From Candidatus Eiseniibacteriota bacterium (lineage in GTDB: Bacteria > Eisenbacteria > RBG-16-71-46), in assembly GCA_963776245.1 (NCBI GenBank), contig CAVZLN010000004.1, positions 1 to 64,000 on the forward strand: a stretch of DNA of 64,000 nt, written 5' to 3'. How positions within the stretch are numbered: the first letter of the stretch is position 1; each line of letters opens with the position of its first letter. This document shows positions 1-10,220 of this stretch, in pieces. The notes under the pieces were generated by a model. It was not told the DNA's origin. It worked only from the letters and a program-made list of their open reading frames with translations, and made no database searches. A program made the translations under genes and the position numbers.

Positions 1-467
1 AAACAGCCCGCTGCCATATCCCACCGCGGCCCCGACGACGATAAACGGGGTCGGAGGGACTGGTACGGCGCTCCGCAATGTGGTGGTGCCTCCCGCCGCG
101 TGGAACACCACCAGTCCCAGGCCAGCCCCCGCGAGCGCAAGCGTCCAGGGCTTGAGCCAGAGCGACGGCGTTCCGTCCGTCGTCTCGACCCCGCGGATCT
201 CCTTCCACTCGATGAGACCCGAACTTCGCAGTGAGTCGCTCCCCTGCGAGACCATCAGATTGTCGTACGGGATGCCCGCGGGAGTCGCGCGCATCTCGGA
301 AACCACCGCCACTCCGCCCCTCGTCGTGATTCTGGCGCGCTTGGCCGCCGAAAGCTTCGGTCGAGTTGGGAGAGGCGCGCACCCTCGGGCGCGCCTCCAT
401 CGGCGGCGGCGACGCTCGCGGCGATGAGCAGCAGCGCGAGCACGAATAACCGGAGCAGGGCGCTCAT
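1..467 (-). CDS. Hypothetical membrane/exported protein, apparently frameshifted, runs off the window edge
   Basis: Signal-peptide-like start MSALLRLFVLALLLIAASVAAA at 467. A different minus frame continues ...RARITTRGGVAVVSEM...IEWKEIRGVET...WTLALAGAGLGLVV...FIVVGAAVGYGSGLF (Gly-rich hydrophobic tail) to base 1. Confidence 0.4.
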
Positions 468-1040
468 CGTCCGCGGGCCGGAGCGTGGGGTTTTCGATAA
501 ATGGGATGCCATGCGGGAGTCAGTGCGCCCACGCCGGTGGCAAGGCCAACTACCGGGACGGCGACCAATAACGGCATCAAACCCGCGAAGTCGTTGCCTT
601 GCTCCATCTCCGACCGCGTGGCCAGTCCCGCGAAGATTCCCATGACCAACCCACTGACAAGCACCGCCCCCAGCGCGTCGTTGCTCGGCCTATCGACCCG
701 GACGGTTTCTTCCCGCGGATGCAGCCCGGGATCGGCCGCGCTCCGCCGCCGGCCGTCGCGAGGATGTGGTGATAGGCGGGGCCTTCCATGCTCACCCGTG
801 CACCCTCCACCACGGCCGACCCGATGGCGTCGTGATGCGCTCTTCGAGGTCTCGCAGCGGCGGTCGTCCGGCGCATGAGTCGCTGGGAGCGGGCGACGCC
901 GCGTGCGCCGGGAATAGGCATCGACTCGCGAGCGCCGAAGGACGCCAGGAGGAGAGCGTTCGGGACAGCGTGCGATTCAATTCAGGGTCGGCCTCACCGG
1001 GTACTCCAACGAACACGGCGTCAGTCACGTTGAAGTAGGC
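464..1040 (-). CDS. Hypothetical membrane protein with Gly-rich hydrophobic C-terminus, probably frameshifted
   Basis: ORF pieces 792-1028 and 464-664 (LVSGLVMGIFAGLA...VPVVGLATGVGALTPAWHPIYR). The stop overlaps the next ATG (ATGA). True start unclear. Confidence 0.3.
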
Positions 1041-1181
1041 GCCGGCGAGAGGCGACGCCGATGTTGGTCGACGATCGGGACCTGGCGCGGTGACCCAGCG
1101 TGGCGAAGGTCCGAGTGCTTGCCCTGTCTTCGTGGACGTGTCACCGCGATGCCTGAGGCGGGCCTACGCTGGTTGTCTCTC

Positions 1182-1257
<76 letters not shown>

Positions 1258-1349
1258 GCGATTGCGGAAGGCGCGACAACCTAGCCGGTCGCGGGGGCCG
1301 GCGGCAAGTCGAAGCCCGGGTTGCCGCGCGGTTCTCGTTCGCCGGATCG

Positions 1350-3512
1350 TTATGGCTTCGCGGGCGCGCGGCCGATGGACACCACGCGCGCCTCGTCCAC
1401 CAGGCCCCTGCGGATGAGGTCGCTGGCCCCACGCTCGGCGGCGCCGCGATCGTCCCACGCGCCCAGCACCACGCGGAACGCTTCGCCGGTGCCATCCTTC
1501 ACGGCGATCACGCGCGCGGGCAGGCCGGAGGCGGCGGCAAGCCGCAGCCGCTCTTCGTCCGCGCGTCCTCGCATGATGAGTGTGCGAACGATCACGCCGT
1601 AGCGATGGGCGGTCGCGGCGGCGACGCTCGCGGGCCCGCTGGCGACAACCTGCGCGCTCGCGGCTGTCTTCGCGGCAGGCGCCGGCACCGCAGCCGTCGG
1701 CGCGGCGGGAGTCGCCGCGACTGGCGTCGGCGCGACCGGCGTGGGTGCGCTCGTCGCCGGCGGAGCGACGGTCTCGACCGAGGGCGCCCTGTTCGCGCTG
1801 TCGAGCGGGGTCGCGGCGGCGAGCGGCGCGGGCGCTCCCGGCGCGGGGACGTCGGGCGCTGGGGCCACCGGCTCGGCCGTCGCCGACGTGGAGCCCGGCA
1901 CGGACGCGACGGCGGCGGGTTGGCTCCGGAATCGCATCCACAACACGACGCTCACCACGACGGCGGCGACGACCGCGGCGCCGATCAGCCACGGCACGGG
2001 GGAGCGCTGCAGGCCGGTCGCATCCTCCCGGGAGTCCCGTTCCAGTCTCTCGCGCACGCGCGCCGGCAACTCGGCGGCCGGCGCGACGTGCGCTTCGGTC
2101 AATGGCGCGGGAGCGCGCCCGGACGTCCCGGGCCTGGCGGCGCGCGACATCGTGGAGGGGGCGGGCTCGGCGGTCACTGCGGCAGGCGGTAAAATGACAG
2201 GTGGCCGAGAGGCAGGCACGGGCGGCGGCGATGCAGGGGGGCGAGCCGTTGCGGCGGCCTCGGCCCGGGGCGGCGCGCTCGCGAACTCGGGCGCCTCGGT
2301 CGTGGATGTGGGCTCAGGCGCCTCGGATCTACTCTCAGTGGTTTCGGCGCTCGCCGTGCTCGCGAGCGCCGACATCCACTCGTCCCACGCGGCCGACGAC
2401 ATCGTGCGCGGAGCGCCCTCGCTCGGCGCGTTGCGCGGTTCGGCAGCCGCAGGTGAGGCCGGCGCGCGGACTGTGACCGCTCCCACGGGCGGCATCGCTG
2501 GCACCGGCGTCGACCACGCTGGCGGTCCCTCCACCGTCGCGGGCGACGGGGGCGCGGGCGGCGCGTTCAGCTGCGCGACCACCGGGGGCGCCAGCGGCTG
2601 CACGAGCGGCGGGGCCCCCGCCGGCTGCGCAGCCACGGGAGGTCGTGCGGCCTGTTCGAGCGCCGCTGGCGTTGCCGGCGCGGACACGGCGGCGCCGGAG
2701 ACACTCGTGAACTCGATCTCGCGCGCGGCGGATTCGACGTGCTCGATCCGCACGCAGGGCGAGTCTTCGACGTAGGCGGTCAGCATGGACTGCGCGGCGA
2801 GGTGGTTGATCTCCCGCGGGATCCCCCCGGTGAAGCGATGGATGGCGCGGCACGCCGGGGAGGGGAACAGCCGGGGACCGTCGCCGCCCGCGACCGAGAT
2901 GCGGTGATGGATGTAGCGCTCGGTGTCGTCGGCCGACAGCGCGTGCAGGCGATAGTGCACGCTGATGCGTTGCCGCAACTGGCGCAGCTCCGGGCGCGCG
3001 AGCTTCTCCTCCAGCTCGGGCTGCCCGACCAGCACCACCTGGAGCAGGTTGTCGCCCGCGCTCTCGAGGTTCGAGAGCAGGCGGATCTCCTCGAGCAGCT
3101 CGCGATCGAGGTTCTGCGCCTCGTCGAGGAGCAGGATCGCGCGGTGCCCCTGCGCGTGCACCGCGAGCAGATGCCGCTCGAGCACGGCCATGGTCTGCGG
3201 CTTGCTCGAGGCTGGGCGCACCACCACGCCGAAGCGCAGCGCGATCTCCTCGAGCAGCTCGGCGCGGGTCAGCGCCGAATTGGTCAGGAGCGCCACCACC
3301 ACGCGCGATTCCCACTCCGAGAGCGCGTCGTAGAGCGCGGTGGTCTTGCCGGTCCCGACCTCGCCGGTGATGAGCACGAACGGCGCGCGATTCTCGATGC
3401 CGTAGCGCACGTGGGCGAGGGCCTCGAGATGCTCGGGGCTCGGGAACACGAAACGCTGCTGGTGCCCCGCCATGAACGGGTTCTCACGCAGGCCGAAGTG
3501 TTGCTCGAACAT
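1350..3512 (-). CDS. ExeA/GspA-family AAA ATPase with Pro/Ala-rich linker, TM helix and C-terminal SPOR-like domain
   Basis: MFEQHFGLRENPF start, Walker A GEVGTGKT, LLLDEAQNL, LVGQPEL, GGIPREIN. TM segment WLIGAAVVAAVVVSVVLW. C-terminal FRVVLGAWDDRGAAE is SPOR-like. Confidence 0.88.
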   Translation of the reverse strand: MFEQHFGLRENPFMAGHQQRFVFPSPEHLEALAHVRYGIENRAPFVLITGEVGTGKTTALYDALSEWESRVVVALLTNSALTRAELLEEIALRFGVVVRPASSKPQTMAVLERHLLAVHAQGHRAILLLDEAQNLDRELLEEIRLLSNLESAGDNLLQVVLVGQPELEEKLARPELRQLRQRISVHYRLHALSADDTERYIHHRISVAGGDGPRLFPSPACRAIHRFTGGIPREINHLAAQSMLTAYVEDSPCVRIEHVESAAREIEFTSVSGAAVSAPATPAALEQAARPPVAAQPAGAPPLVQPLAPPVVAQLNAPPAPPSPATVEGPPAWSTPVPAMPPVGAVTVRAPASPAAAEPRNAPSEGAPRTMSSAAWDEWMSALASTASAETTESRSEAPEPTSTTEAPEFASAPPRAEAAATARPPASPPPVPASRPPVILPPAAVTAEPAPSTMSRAARPGTSGRAPAPLTEAHVAPAAELPARVRERLERDSREDATGLQRSPVPWLIGAAVVAAVVVSVVLWMRFRSQPAAVASVPGSTSATAEPVAPAPDVPAPGAPAPLAAATPLDSANRAPSVETVAPPATSAPTPVAPTPVAATPAAPTAAVPAPAAKTAASAQVVASGPASVAAATAHRYGVIVRTLIMRGRADEERLRLAAASGLPARVIAVKDGTGEAFRVVLGAWDDRGAAERGASDLIRRGLVDEARVVSIGRAPAKP

Positions 3513-3619
3513 GAGGCGTCAGCCCTGGGGGTCGGAGCGCGGGCGTTCCGTACACGCTCCATCGGAGGTCGGCCGGTCGGTGGCCGGGAGGCGGTCGGTC
3601 GCGGCGGCTGTTGGCACCC

Positions 3620-4177
3620 TCAGCCCCGCTCGACGGGGAGCAGGTCGTCGATCGGGAAGAGCGCGGTGTACGCATAGCTGCGCTGCTGGAAGATCTGCTG
3701 GGCGCCCTGCCCGCGGTCCACCACCGCCAGCACCTTGACCACGGTCGCCTTGTACGACTCCGCGGCCTCGGCGGCGATCAGCGCGCTCTCCCCGCTGGTG
3801 ATGACGTCGTCGAGGATGGCCACGCGCTTGTGGCCGGCGAGATTGCCTTCGACCTGGCCGCGCAGTCCGTGGTCCTTGGAGGTGCGGCGCACCAGGAAGC
3901 CCTCGAGCGGCTTGCCCATCTCGGCGCTGTGCAGCATGAGCCCCGCCACCAGCGGATCGGCGCCCATGGTGAGCCCGCCGACCGCGGTCACGTTCTCGGA
4001 CTCGAGGATCTCCCAGAACAGGCGCGAGATCAGGCGCAGCCCCTCCGGGTGCAGGCTGGTCTTGCGCACATCGATGTAGTAGTTGGAGGTCGCCCCGCTG
4101 CTGAGCACGAACTCCCCGAAGCGCATCGAGCGTTCGAGCAGCATCTGGCGCAGGCGATCCCGGTAACTGGCTTCCAT
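3620..4177 (-). CDS. pyrE: Orotate phosphoribosyltransferase
   Basis: FVLSSGATSNYYID, GGLTMGADPL, PRPP-binding motif ILDDVITSGES. Confidence 0.95.
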   Translation of the reverse strand: MEASYRDRLRQMLLERSMRFGEFVLSSGATSNYYIDVRKTSLHPEGLRLISRLFWEILESENVTAVGGLTMGADPLVAGLMLHSAEMGKPLEGFLVRRTSKDHGLRGQVEGNLAGHKRVAILDDVITSGESALIAAEAAESYKATVVKVLAVVDRGQGAQQIFQQRSYAYTALFPIDDLLPVERG

Positions 4178-4221
4178 GGTGCCCCTCTGCGGACGATGGA
4201 GGTCGCGATTCGAGTGGCGCG

Positions 4222-4250
4222 AGTGTGCCGTCCGGCCCGGAACGAGTCAA
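4222..4250 (-). promoter_or_regulatory. Putative sigma70 promoter for pyrE
   Basis: Minus strand TTGACT-N17-CACACT about 45 nt upstream of the pyrE ATG. Confidence 0.55.
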
Positions 4251-4315
4251 GCATGGCACCCTCGCCACGGTCCGCGCCGCGCGCGCGGGCGGGCGCGCCC
4301 TCATCCCAATGAGGC

Positions 4316-4348
4316 GGCCGAGGTGAGCGAGTCGCGCTCACCCCGGCC
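4316..4348 (-). terminator. Strong hairpin, possible terminator of the candidate sRNA
   Basis: GGCCGGGGTGAGCG-CGACT-CGCTCACCTCGGCC, a 14-bp stem with one G-U pair. No clear U-tract. Confidence 0.45.
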
Positions 4349-4524
4349 GGTCTGTAGTGCGCGCGTCTGTCTGGCGGTTCCCTCCACGTCCAGGCGCGCG
4401 TCGCGCTTCGTCCGTGAAGCGCGGTCCATCTCGTCGAGCGGCTCGGTCCCCGGGGGGTCCGATGGTTCCGGACGCGTGAGGTGCGCGGGAACCGCGAGGG
4501 CCGGTGACCTGCCAATGACGCGCG
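4316..4524 (-). ncRNA. Candidate sigma54-dependent structured small RNA (6S-like rod or CsrB/Rsm-like GGA-rich)
   Basis: Predicted TSS (~4523) coincides with a closing stem CGCGCGUC/GACGCGCG (4517-4524 with 4360-4367). Inner helix GCGGUUCCC/GGGAACCGC, hairpin 4402-4423, 3' hairpin 4316-4348. No convincing ORF. Confidence 0.5.
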
Positions 4525-4533
4525 TGGTCCTCA

Positions 4534-4549
4534 CGCAAGCCAGGTGCCA
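4534..4549 (-). promoter_or_regulatory. Sigma54 (-24/-12) promoter
   Basis: Minus strand TGGCACCTGGCTTGCG matches TGGCAC-N5-TTGC with exact GG-N10-GC spacing. Confidence 0.7.
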
Positions 4550-4621
4550 GCACGCCCCGTGTGGGTGAGAGGACGCGGTCTGCACGTGCCTGCATTGCGT
4601 TTGCGGTGTAGGGTGCGCGGC

Positions 4622-6703
4622 ATGACCTGGTCGTTCCGCGTCCCCCTCGTGCACTGTGCAACGCGGACCGTGCAGGACCGCGCCTACCGGGCGCTCGTCC
4701 TCGCGGGGGTGGTCGGCGCGTTCGCGGCGGCCGCGGCGCACGCGGCCGGGCCGGGGGCCGCGCCCGCGTGGTGGCCCGCCATCGCCCGCGCACCGCTCGA
4801 TCCGCCGCTCGCGGTCACCGGCGATTTCGGCGAATACCGCACCGGTCATTTTCACGCCGGGCTCGACTTCTCCACCGGCGGTGTCACCGGCCAGCCGGCC
4901 TACGCCTGCCTGGACGGGGAGATCGTGCGGGTGCGCGCTTCGGGCGTGGGCTACGGGCGCTCCCTCTACCTGCAGGCCCGCGACGGACGATTGCTGGTGT
5001 ACGGCCATCTCGACGCCTTCGATTCGCCGCTGGCGGAGTACGTGAGCGCGGCCCAGGAATCGACCGGGCAGTACGAGCAGGACCTGTGGCCCGCCACCGG
5101 GAGGTTCCCGGTGAAGGCCGGCCAGCGGCTGGCCTGGACCGGCAACAGCGGAGCGGGAGGCCCGCACTTCCACTTCGAGATCCGCCGCGCGGACATGGCG
5201 TACAACCCGGCGCGCGCCGGGCTCGCGTGGGACGACACGGTGGCGCCGCGCCTCGACGCGGTCACGCTCGAGCCGCTCGACGAGCGCTCGTACGTCGAGC
5301 GTTCCCCGGCGCCGCGTCGGCTGGCGCTCGGCGCGCGCCCGGACACGGTGCTGGTGGAGGGGCGGGTGCGGGCGATCCTCGACGCCTACGATCCGGCCGC
5401 GAGCGGGGATGCGATGGCGCCGTGGAGCACCGAGGTGGAGTGGGACGGCGCCCGCACCGCCGTGGTCTTCGACAGCGTGTCGTGGGCCGACGGCATGTCC
5501 GAGATCGACTACGTGTACGACCGCGGGCGCGCCACCGACCAGCCGCGGCGCGCGCTCACGCCGTGGGCGTCGGCCGCCGCGCGCCCGCGCGTGGTGCGTG
5601 GGGACGCGCCCGCGGGTGAGGAGGCGGGCACGCTGGTGATGCGCCCCGGCGATCCACCGCGCGAGGCCCGATTCGTGGCGCGCGACCTCGCGGGGCACGT
5701 CATCGAGCGCACGCTGGTGCTGCGCGGACCGCGTGCCGGCGAGCGCGGGCCGGACTCGACGCGGGTGGGAGGCGGCGGTGGGCGCCCCTCGATCACCTTC
5801 GCGTTCGACCCTCTTCCGGGGGACTGCGTGCGCGTCCGGGTCCGCGGCGCGCTGGCCGGGAGCCGCGGCGTCACGATCGCGTGGGGCGGCGCGGCGTCGG
5901 CGTCCACGGCGACGCCGATGGTCGCGGCCGGCGCGAGCTTCGTCGCGGTGGTGCGCGCCGTGGCCCCGGACACCGGGTCCATGCTGTCGGTGCACGGGCG
6001 CGATGCGGCGGGGCGGGAGTGGACCGGCAAGACCGCGTTGCTGCGCGCCGATGCGCTCGCCAGGTCGTCCGACCGGGAAGGCTCATTCGGACCGGGCCTC
6101 GGCTGGCGCGGTCTCGCGGCGGCCCAGTTCGAGCCTGGCGTGGTCGTGCGGCGCGACGCGACCACCGCCGACGCGCCCGCCGAGCTCGCGCCCGTCTCGC
6201 CGGCGTTTGCGCTCGAGCCCACGCTCACGCCGCTGCGGAAAGCGTTCGCCGTGGTCCTGCCCGCGCCGTCGCACCCGCCGTCCGCGCGGGTCGGCGTCTA
6301 CCAGGACGACGGCAGCGGGTGGAGCTGGGTGCGCTCCACGTACGACTCGCTCACCGCGTGTTTCAGCGCCGACGTGCGCCGGCTCGGGCGCTTCGCGCTG
6401 CTCGAGGACCGCGGGGCGCCGCGCGTCACGCTGCGGGCGGCGCCGCGGCGCGCGGCGCCTGGCGCGTATTCGCGCTGGGCGCTCGAGGCGCGCGCGGGGG
6501 ACGACGGGAGCGGCATCGATGGGCGCGAGTCGCGCTTCGTGGTCGATGGCCGGGCGGTGCCGACCGAGTGGGACGCGGAGGAGGGCGTGCTGCGCTGGAA
6601 GCCCACGCGCCCGCCGGCGCCAGGCGCGCATCGCTTCGAGGTGATCGCGGTCGACCGGGCGGGGAACCGCCGTCGCGCGACCGGTCGCTTCGTGCTAGAT
6701 TAG
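4622..6703 (+). CDS. Secreted M23-family metallopeptidase with large C-terminal Ig-like extension
   Basis: FGEYRTGHFHAGLDF (HxxxD), YGHL, GNSGAGGPHFHFEIR (HxH). Signal-like N-terminus. Start uncertain (ORF open from 4544). Confidence 0.85.
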   Translation: MTWSFRVPLVHCATRTVQDRAYRALVLAGVVGAFAAAAAHAAGPGAAPAWWPAIARAPLDPPLAVTGDFGEYRTGHFHAGLDFSTGGVTGQPAYACLDGEIVRVRASGVGYGRSLYLQARDGRLLVYGHLDAFDSPLAEYVSAAQESTGQYEQDLWPATGRFPVKAGQRLAWTGNSGAGGPHFHFEIRRADMAYNPARAGLAWDDTVAPRLDAVTLEPLDERSYVERSPAPRRLALGARPDTVLVEGRVRAILDAYDPAASGDAMAPWSTEVEWDGARTAVVFDSVSWADGMSEIDYVYDRGRATDQPRRALTPWASAAARPRVVRGDAPAGEEAGTLVMRPGDPPREARFVARDLAGHVIERTLVLRGPRAGERGPDSTRVGGGGGRPSITFAFDPLPGDCVRVRVRGALAGSRGVTIAWGGAASASTATPMVAAGASFVAVVRAVAPDTGSMLSVHGRDAAGREWTGKTALLRADALARSSDREGSFGPGLGWRGLAAAQFEPGVVVRRDATTADAPAELAPVSPAFALEPTLTPLRKAFAVVLPAPSHPPSARVGVYQDDGSGWSWVRSTYDSLTACFSADVRRLGRFALLEDRGAPRVTLRAAPRRAAPGAYSRWALEARAGDDGSGIDGRESRFVVDGRAVPTEWDAEEGVLRWKPTRPPAPGAHRFEVIAVDRAGNRRRATGRFVLD

Positions 6704-6791
6704 CCGGTGACGTGCCGGTCCCCGCGACGCCCTGTGCGCTAGGCATCCCGTTGGGCGTGCGGGTCGGCGGGCTTCCTGCGCAGGACGCGCC

Positions 6792-9700
6792 ATGAAACAC
6801 GCCGACTTCGTCCATCTCCATAATCACAGCGACTACTCGCTGCTCGACGGCGCCAGCTCCATCCCCGGGATGGTCGCGCGCGCCGCGGAGATGAAGATGC
6901 CCGCGCTCGCGCTCACCGACCACGGCGCGATGTTCGGGGCGATCGAGTTCTACAACGCCGCGCGCAAGGCCGGGGTCAAGCCCATCATCGGGATGGAGGC
7001 CTACGTCGCGCGCACCTCGCGCACCGACCGCTCCCGGCCGAGCGCCCACCACCTGGTGCTGCTGGCGCGCGACGAGGGCGGCTTCCGCAACCTGATGCGG
7101 CTGTCCTCGCTCGCCTACCTCGAGGGGTTCTACTACAAGCCGCGGGTGGACCACGACCTCCTCGCGCGCTACTCGGAAGGGTTGCTGGCGCTGTCGGCGT
7201 GCCCGCAGGGCGAGGTCGCCACCGACCTGCTCGAGGACCGCGACGATGCCGCGCTCGAGACCGCGATGACGTATCGCGACATGTTCGGCGCCGAGAACTA
7301 CTTCCTCGAGGTCCAGAACCACGGGCTCGACATCGAGCTGAAGATCCGCGAGAAGGTGCGCGCGCTCTCGGCGCGGAGCGGCATCCCGATCGTCGCCACC
7401 AACGACTGCCACTACCTCGCCGCCGAGGACACCGACGCGCAGGACATCCTGCTCTGCATCCAGACCGGCAAGACCGTCCACGACGCGCAGCGCATGCGGG
7501 CGCTCGCCCAGCTCCACTTCCGCGACCCGGGGGAGATGGCGGCGGCGTTCGGTGACTTCCCCGACGCCCTCCGGAACACGCTGTCGGTCGCCGAGCGCTG
7601 CAACCTGCAGATGGCGTTCGGCCGGCCGCTGCTGCCGGAGTTCCCGCTGCCGCCGGGCAAGAGCGCCGAGGAGGTGCTGCGCGAGCTGGCGTGGGCGGGC
7701 GTGGGCGCGCGCCTCGGGGCGGCGGCCGAGGGCGAGGAGGTGCGGAAGCGCTTCGAGTACGAGCTCGACGTCATCTGCCAGATGGGCTTCGCCTCGTACT
7801 TCCTGATCGTCCACGACTTCATCCACTTCGCGAAGTCGCGCGGCATCGGGGTGGGGCCGGGGCGCGGCTCGGTGGCGGGTTCGCTGGTGGCCTTCGCGCT
7901 GCGGATCACCGACGTGAACCCGCTGCGCTACGGGCTCATCTTCGAGCGGTTCCTCAATCCCGGCCGCGTGACCATGCCGGACATCGACATCGACTTCGAC
8001 GATCTGCGGCGCCACGAGGTCATCGAGTACGTCAAGGACAAGTACGGCGAGACCAGCGTCACCCAGATCATCACCTTCGGGACCATGGGCGCGAAGGGCG
8101 TGGTGCGCGACGTGGCGCGCGCGCTCGGGATGCCGCCCGCGAGCCAGAACGAGATCGCGAAACTGGTGCCCGACGGTCTCGGCATGACGCTCGGCCGCGC
8201 GTTCGAGCTCTCCAGCGACCTCAAGAACCTCGGGCAGCGCGGCCCCGAGTACGAGCGCCTGCTCAGGACCGCGAAGACGCTCGAGGGCCTCGCGCGCCAC
8301 GCTTCGACCCACGCGGCCGGGGTGCTGATCACCCCCGGCCCGCTGCTGGACTACGTGCCGCTCTACCGCCAGAAGGACGAGTCGGTCACCACCCAGTGGG
8401 ACATGAAGTCGATCGAGAAGGCCGGTCTGCTGAAGATGGACTTCCTCGGGCTGCGCACGCTCTCGGTGCTGCAGGAGTGCGTGGCGCTGGTCGGGCAGCA
8501 CCAGGCCGCGGCGATCGACCTCGAGACGCTGCCGATGGACGACGCGGCCGCCTACCGGGTGTTCCAGGACGGGGAGACGGTCGCGATCTTCCAGTTCGAG
8601 TCCGCGGGCATGCGCGACCACCTCAAGCGGCTGCGTCCGACGGTGTTCGAGGACCTCATCGCGATGAACGCGCTCTACCGGCCGGGGCCGATGGAGAACA
8701 TCCCGTACTTCATCGACTGCAAGCACGGCCGGCAGGTGGCGCGCTACGACCACCCGGACCTCGAGCCCATCCTCAAGAGCACCTACGGCGTGTTCGTGTA
8801 CCAGGAGCAGGTGATGGCGGCGGCGAACCGTCTCGCCGGCTTCTCGATGGCCGAGGCCGACGAGCTGCGCCGCGCGATGGGCAAGAAGCTGGTGGACGTG
8901 ATGGAGGCCAAGCGCAAGGCGTTCATCGAGGGGTGCGTCCACCGCCGGATCACGGCCGCCCGGGCGGAGAAGATCTTCGCCACCATGGAGAAGTTCGCGG
9001 GGTACGGGTTCAACGCCTCGCATTCCGCCGCGTACGCGCTGGTCGCCTACCAGTGCGCCTACCTCAAGGCCCACCACCCGGCCGAGTTCATGGCCGCGAC
9101 GCTCACCTCGGAGATGTCGGACAGCACGCGCATCGTCACGCTCATCGAGGAGTGCCGCCGCCTGCGCATCTCGGTGCTCGCCCCGGACGTGAACCGCTCG
9201 GCGTGGAAGTTCACCCTCGAGGCGGACGCCATCCGGTTCGGGCTCGGGGCGGTGCGCAACGTCGGTCAGGGCGCCGTCGAGGGCATCCTCGCGGCGCGCG
9301 ACGCCGGGGGCGCGTTCACCAGCCTGTGGGACCTCGCCTCGCGGGCCGACACGCGCACCATGAACCGGCGCGTGCTCGAGAGCCTGGTGGCGGCGGGCGC
9401 GTGCGATGCGCTCGGGGACGAGCGCGGCACCGCGTTCGCGGCGGCCGGCCGCGCGCTCGAGCAGGCGGCCGCGCTGGCGCGGGAGCGGGCCAGCGGCCAG
9501 TCCTCGCTGTTCGGCGAGGGCGAGGGCGCGGTGCCGGTGGTGGCGCCGGCGCTGCCCGCGGCGCCGCCGTGGACCCGCCGCGAGCGGAGCGTGCGCGAGA
9601 AGGAGGCGCTCGGCTTCTACCTCAGCGAGCATCCGCTCGAGCACGTGCGCGAGCGGCTCGCCAGGCTCGCGACCCATCCGGTGGGGGAGGCGCTCACGCT

Positions 9701-10220
9701 CGACGACCAGACCGAGGTGCGGCTGGCGGGCCTGATCGCCGAGATCAAGCCCATCACCACGCGCTCGGGCAAGGTCATGGCCATCGTCACGCTCGAGGAC
9801 CTCACCGGACGGATCGAATGCACGGTCTTCCCGGACGTCCACGAGCAGGTGCGTGCGCGTCTGGTCGCGGACGAGGTGGTGGTGGTGAGCGGGCGCATCG
9901 AGGTGAGCGACGACCGCGGCACCAAGCTGCTGTTGTCCGACCTCAAGCCGCTCGAGGACGCGAGCCTCGCCTACCGGGCGGCGCTCCACATCGAGGTGCG
10001 GGCCGAGGAGCTCGACGAGCGACGGCTCGAGGACATCGATTCCGCGCTGTGCGCGCATCCGGGCGAGTCCGAGGTGTATCTCCACATCGTGCGGCCCGAT
10101 CACTCGCGGATGGCGATGCGCTCACGGCGCTACCGCGTCTCGGAGGACGAAGCCGTCATCATCACGCTGCGCGACCGCTGCCCCGGGTTGCGCGCGCGCT
10201 GGGGGAGGGGAGCCGCATGA
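6792..10220 (+). CDS. dnaE: DNA polymerase III alpha subunit
   Basis: [16 protein letters not shown] domain, [31 protein letters not shown]-terminal OB fold. Confidence 0.98.
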   Translation: MKHADFVHLHNHSDYSLLDGASSIPGMVARAAEMKMPALALTDHGAMFGAIEFYNAARKAGVKPIIGMEAYVARTSRTDRSRPSAHHLVLLARDEGGFRNLMRLSSLAYLEGFYYKPRVDHDLLARYSEGLLALSACPQGEVATDLLEDRDDAALETAMTYRDMFGAENYFLEVQNHGLDIELKIREKVRALSARSGIPIVATNDCHYLAAEDTDAQDILLCIQTGKTVHDAQRMRALAQLHFRDPGEMAAAFGDFPDALRNTLSVAERCNLQMAFGRPLLPEFPLPPGKSAEEVLRELAWAGVGARLGAAAEGEEVRKRFEYELDVICQMGFASYFLIVHDFIHFAKSRGIGVGPGRGSVAGSLVAFALRITDVNPLRYGLIFERFLNPGRVTMPDIDIDFDDLRRHEVIEYVKDKYGETSVTQIITFGTMGAKGVVRDVARALGMPPASQNEIAKLVPDGLGMTLGRAFELSSDLKNLGQRGPEYERLLRTAKTLEGLARHASTHAAGVLITPGPLLDYVPLYRQKDESVTTQWDMKSIEKAGLLKMDFLGLRTLSVLQECVALVGQHQAAAIDLETLPMDDAAAYRVFQDGETVAIFQFESAGMRDHLKRLRPTVFEDLIAMNALYRPGPMENIPYFIDCKHGRQVARYDHPDLEPILKSTYGVFVYQEQVMAAANRLAGFSMAEADELRRAMGKKLVDVMEAKRKAFIEGCVHRRITAARAEKIFATMEKFAGYGFNASHSAAYALVAYQCAYLKAHHPAEFMAATLTSEMSDSTRIVTLIEECRRLRISVLAPDVNRSAWKFTLEADAIRFGLGAVRNVGQGAVEGILAARDAGGAFTSLWDLASRADTRTMNRRVLESLVAAGACDALGDERGTAFAAAGRALEQAAALARERASGQSSLFGEGEGAVPVVAPALPAAPPWTRRERSVREKEALGFYLSEHPLEHVRERLARLATHPVGEALTLDDQTEVRLAGLIAEIKPITTRSGKVMAIVTLEDLTGRIECTVFPDVHEQVRARLVADEVVVVSGRIEVSDDRGTKLLLSDLKPLEDASLAYRAALHIEVRAEELDERRLEDIDSALCAHPGESEVYLHIVRPDHSRMAMRSRRYRVSEDEAVIITLRDRCPGLRARWGRGAA

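Noticed and set aside
1600..2700. Pro/Ala-rich quasi-repeats in exeA (and in the TPR gene)
   Set aside because: Low-complexity linker coding sequence without a fixed repeat unit.
4301..4429. 42-aa minus-strand ORF MDRASRTKRD... inside the candidate sRNA
   Set aside because: No clear RBS, atypical codons, and it runs through the terminator-like hairpin.
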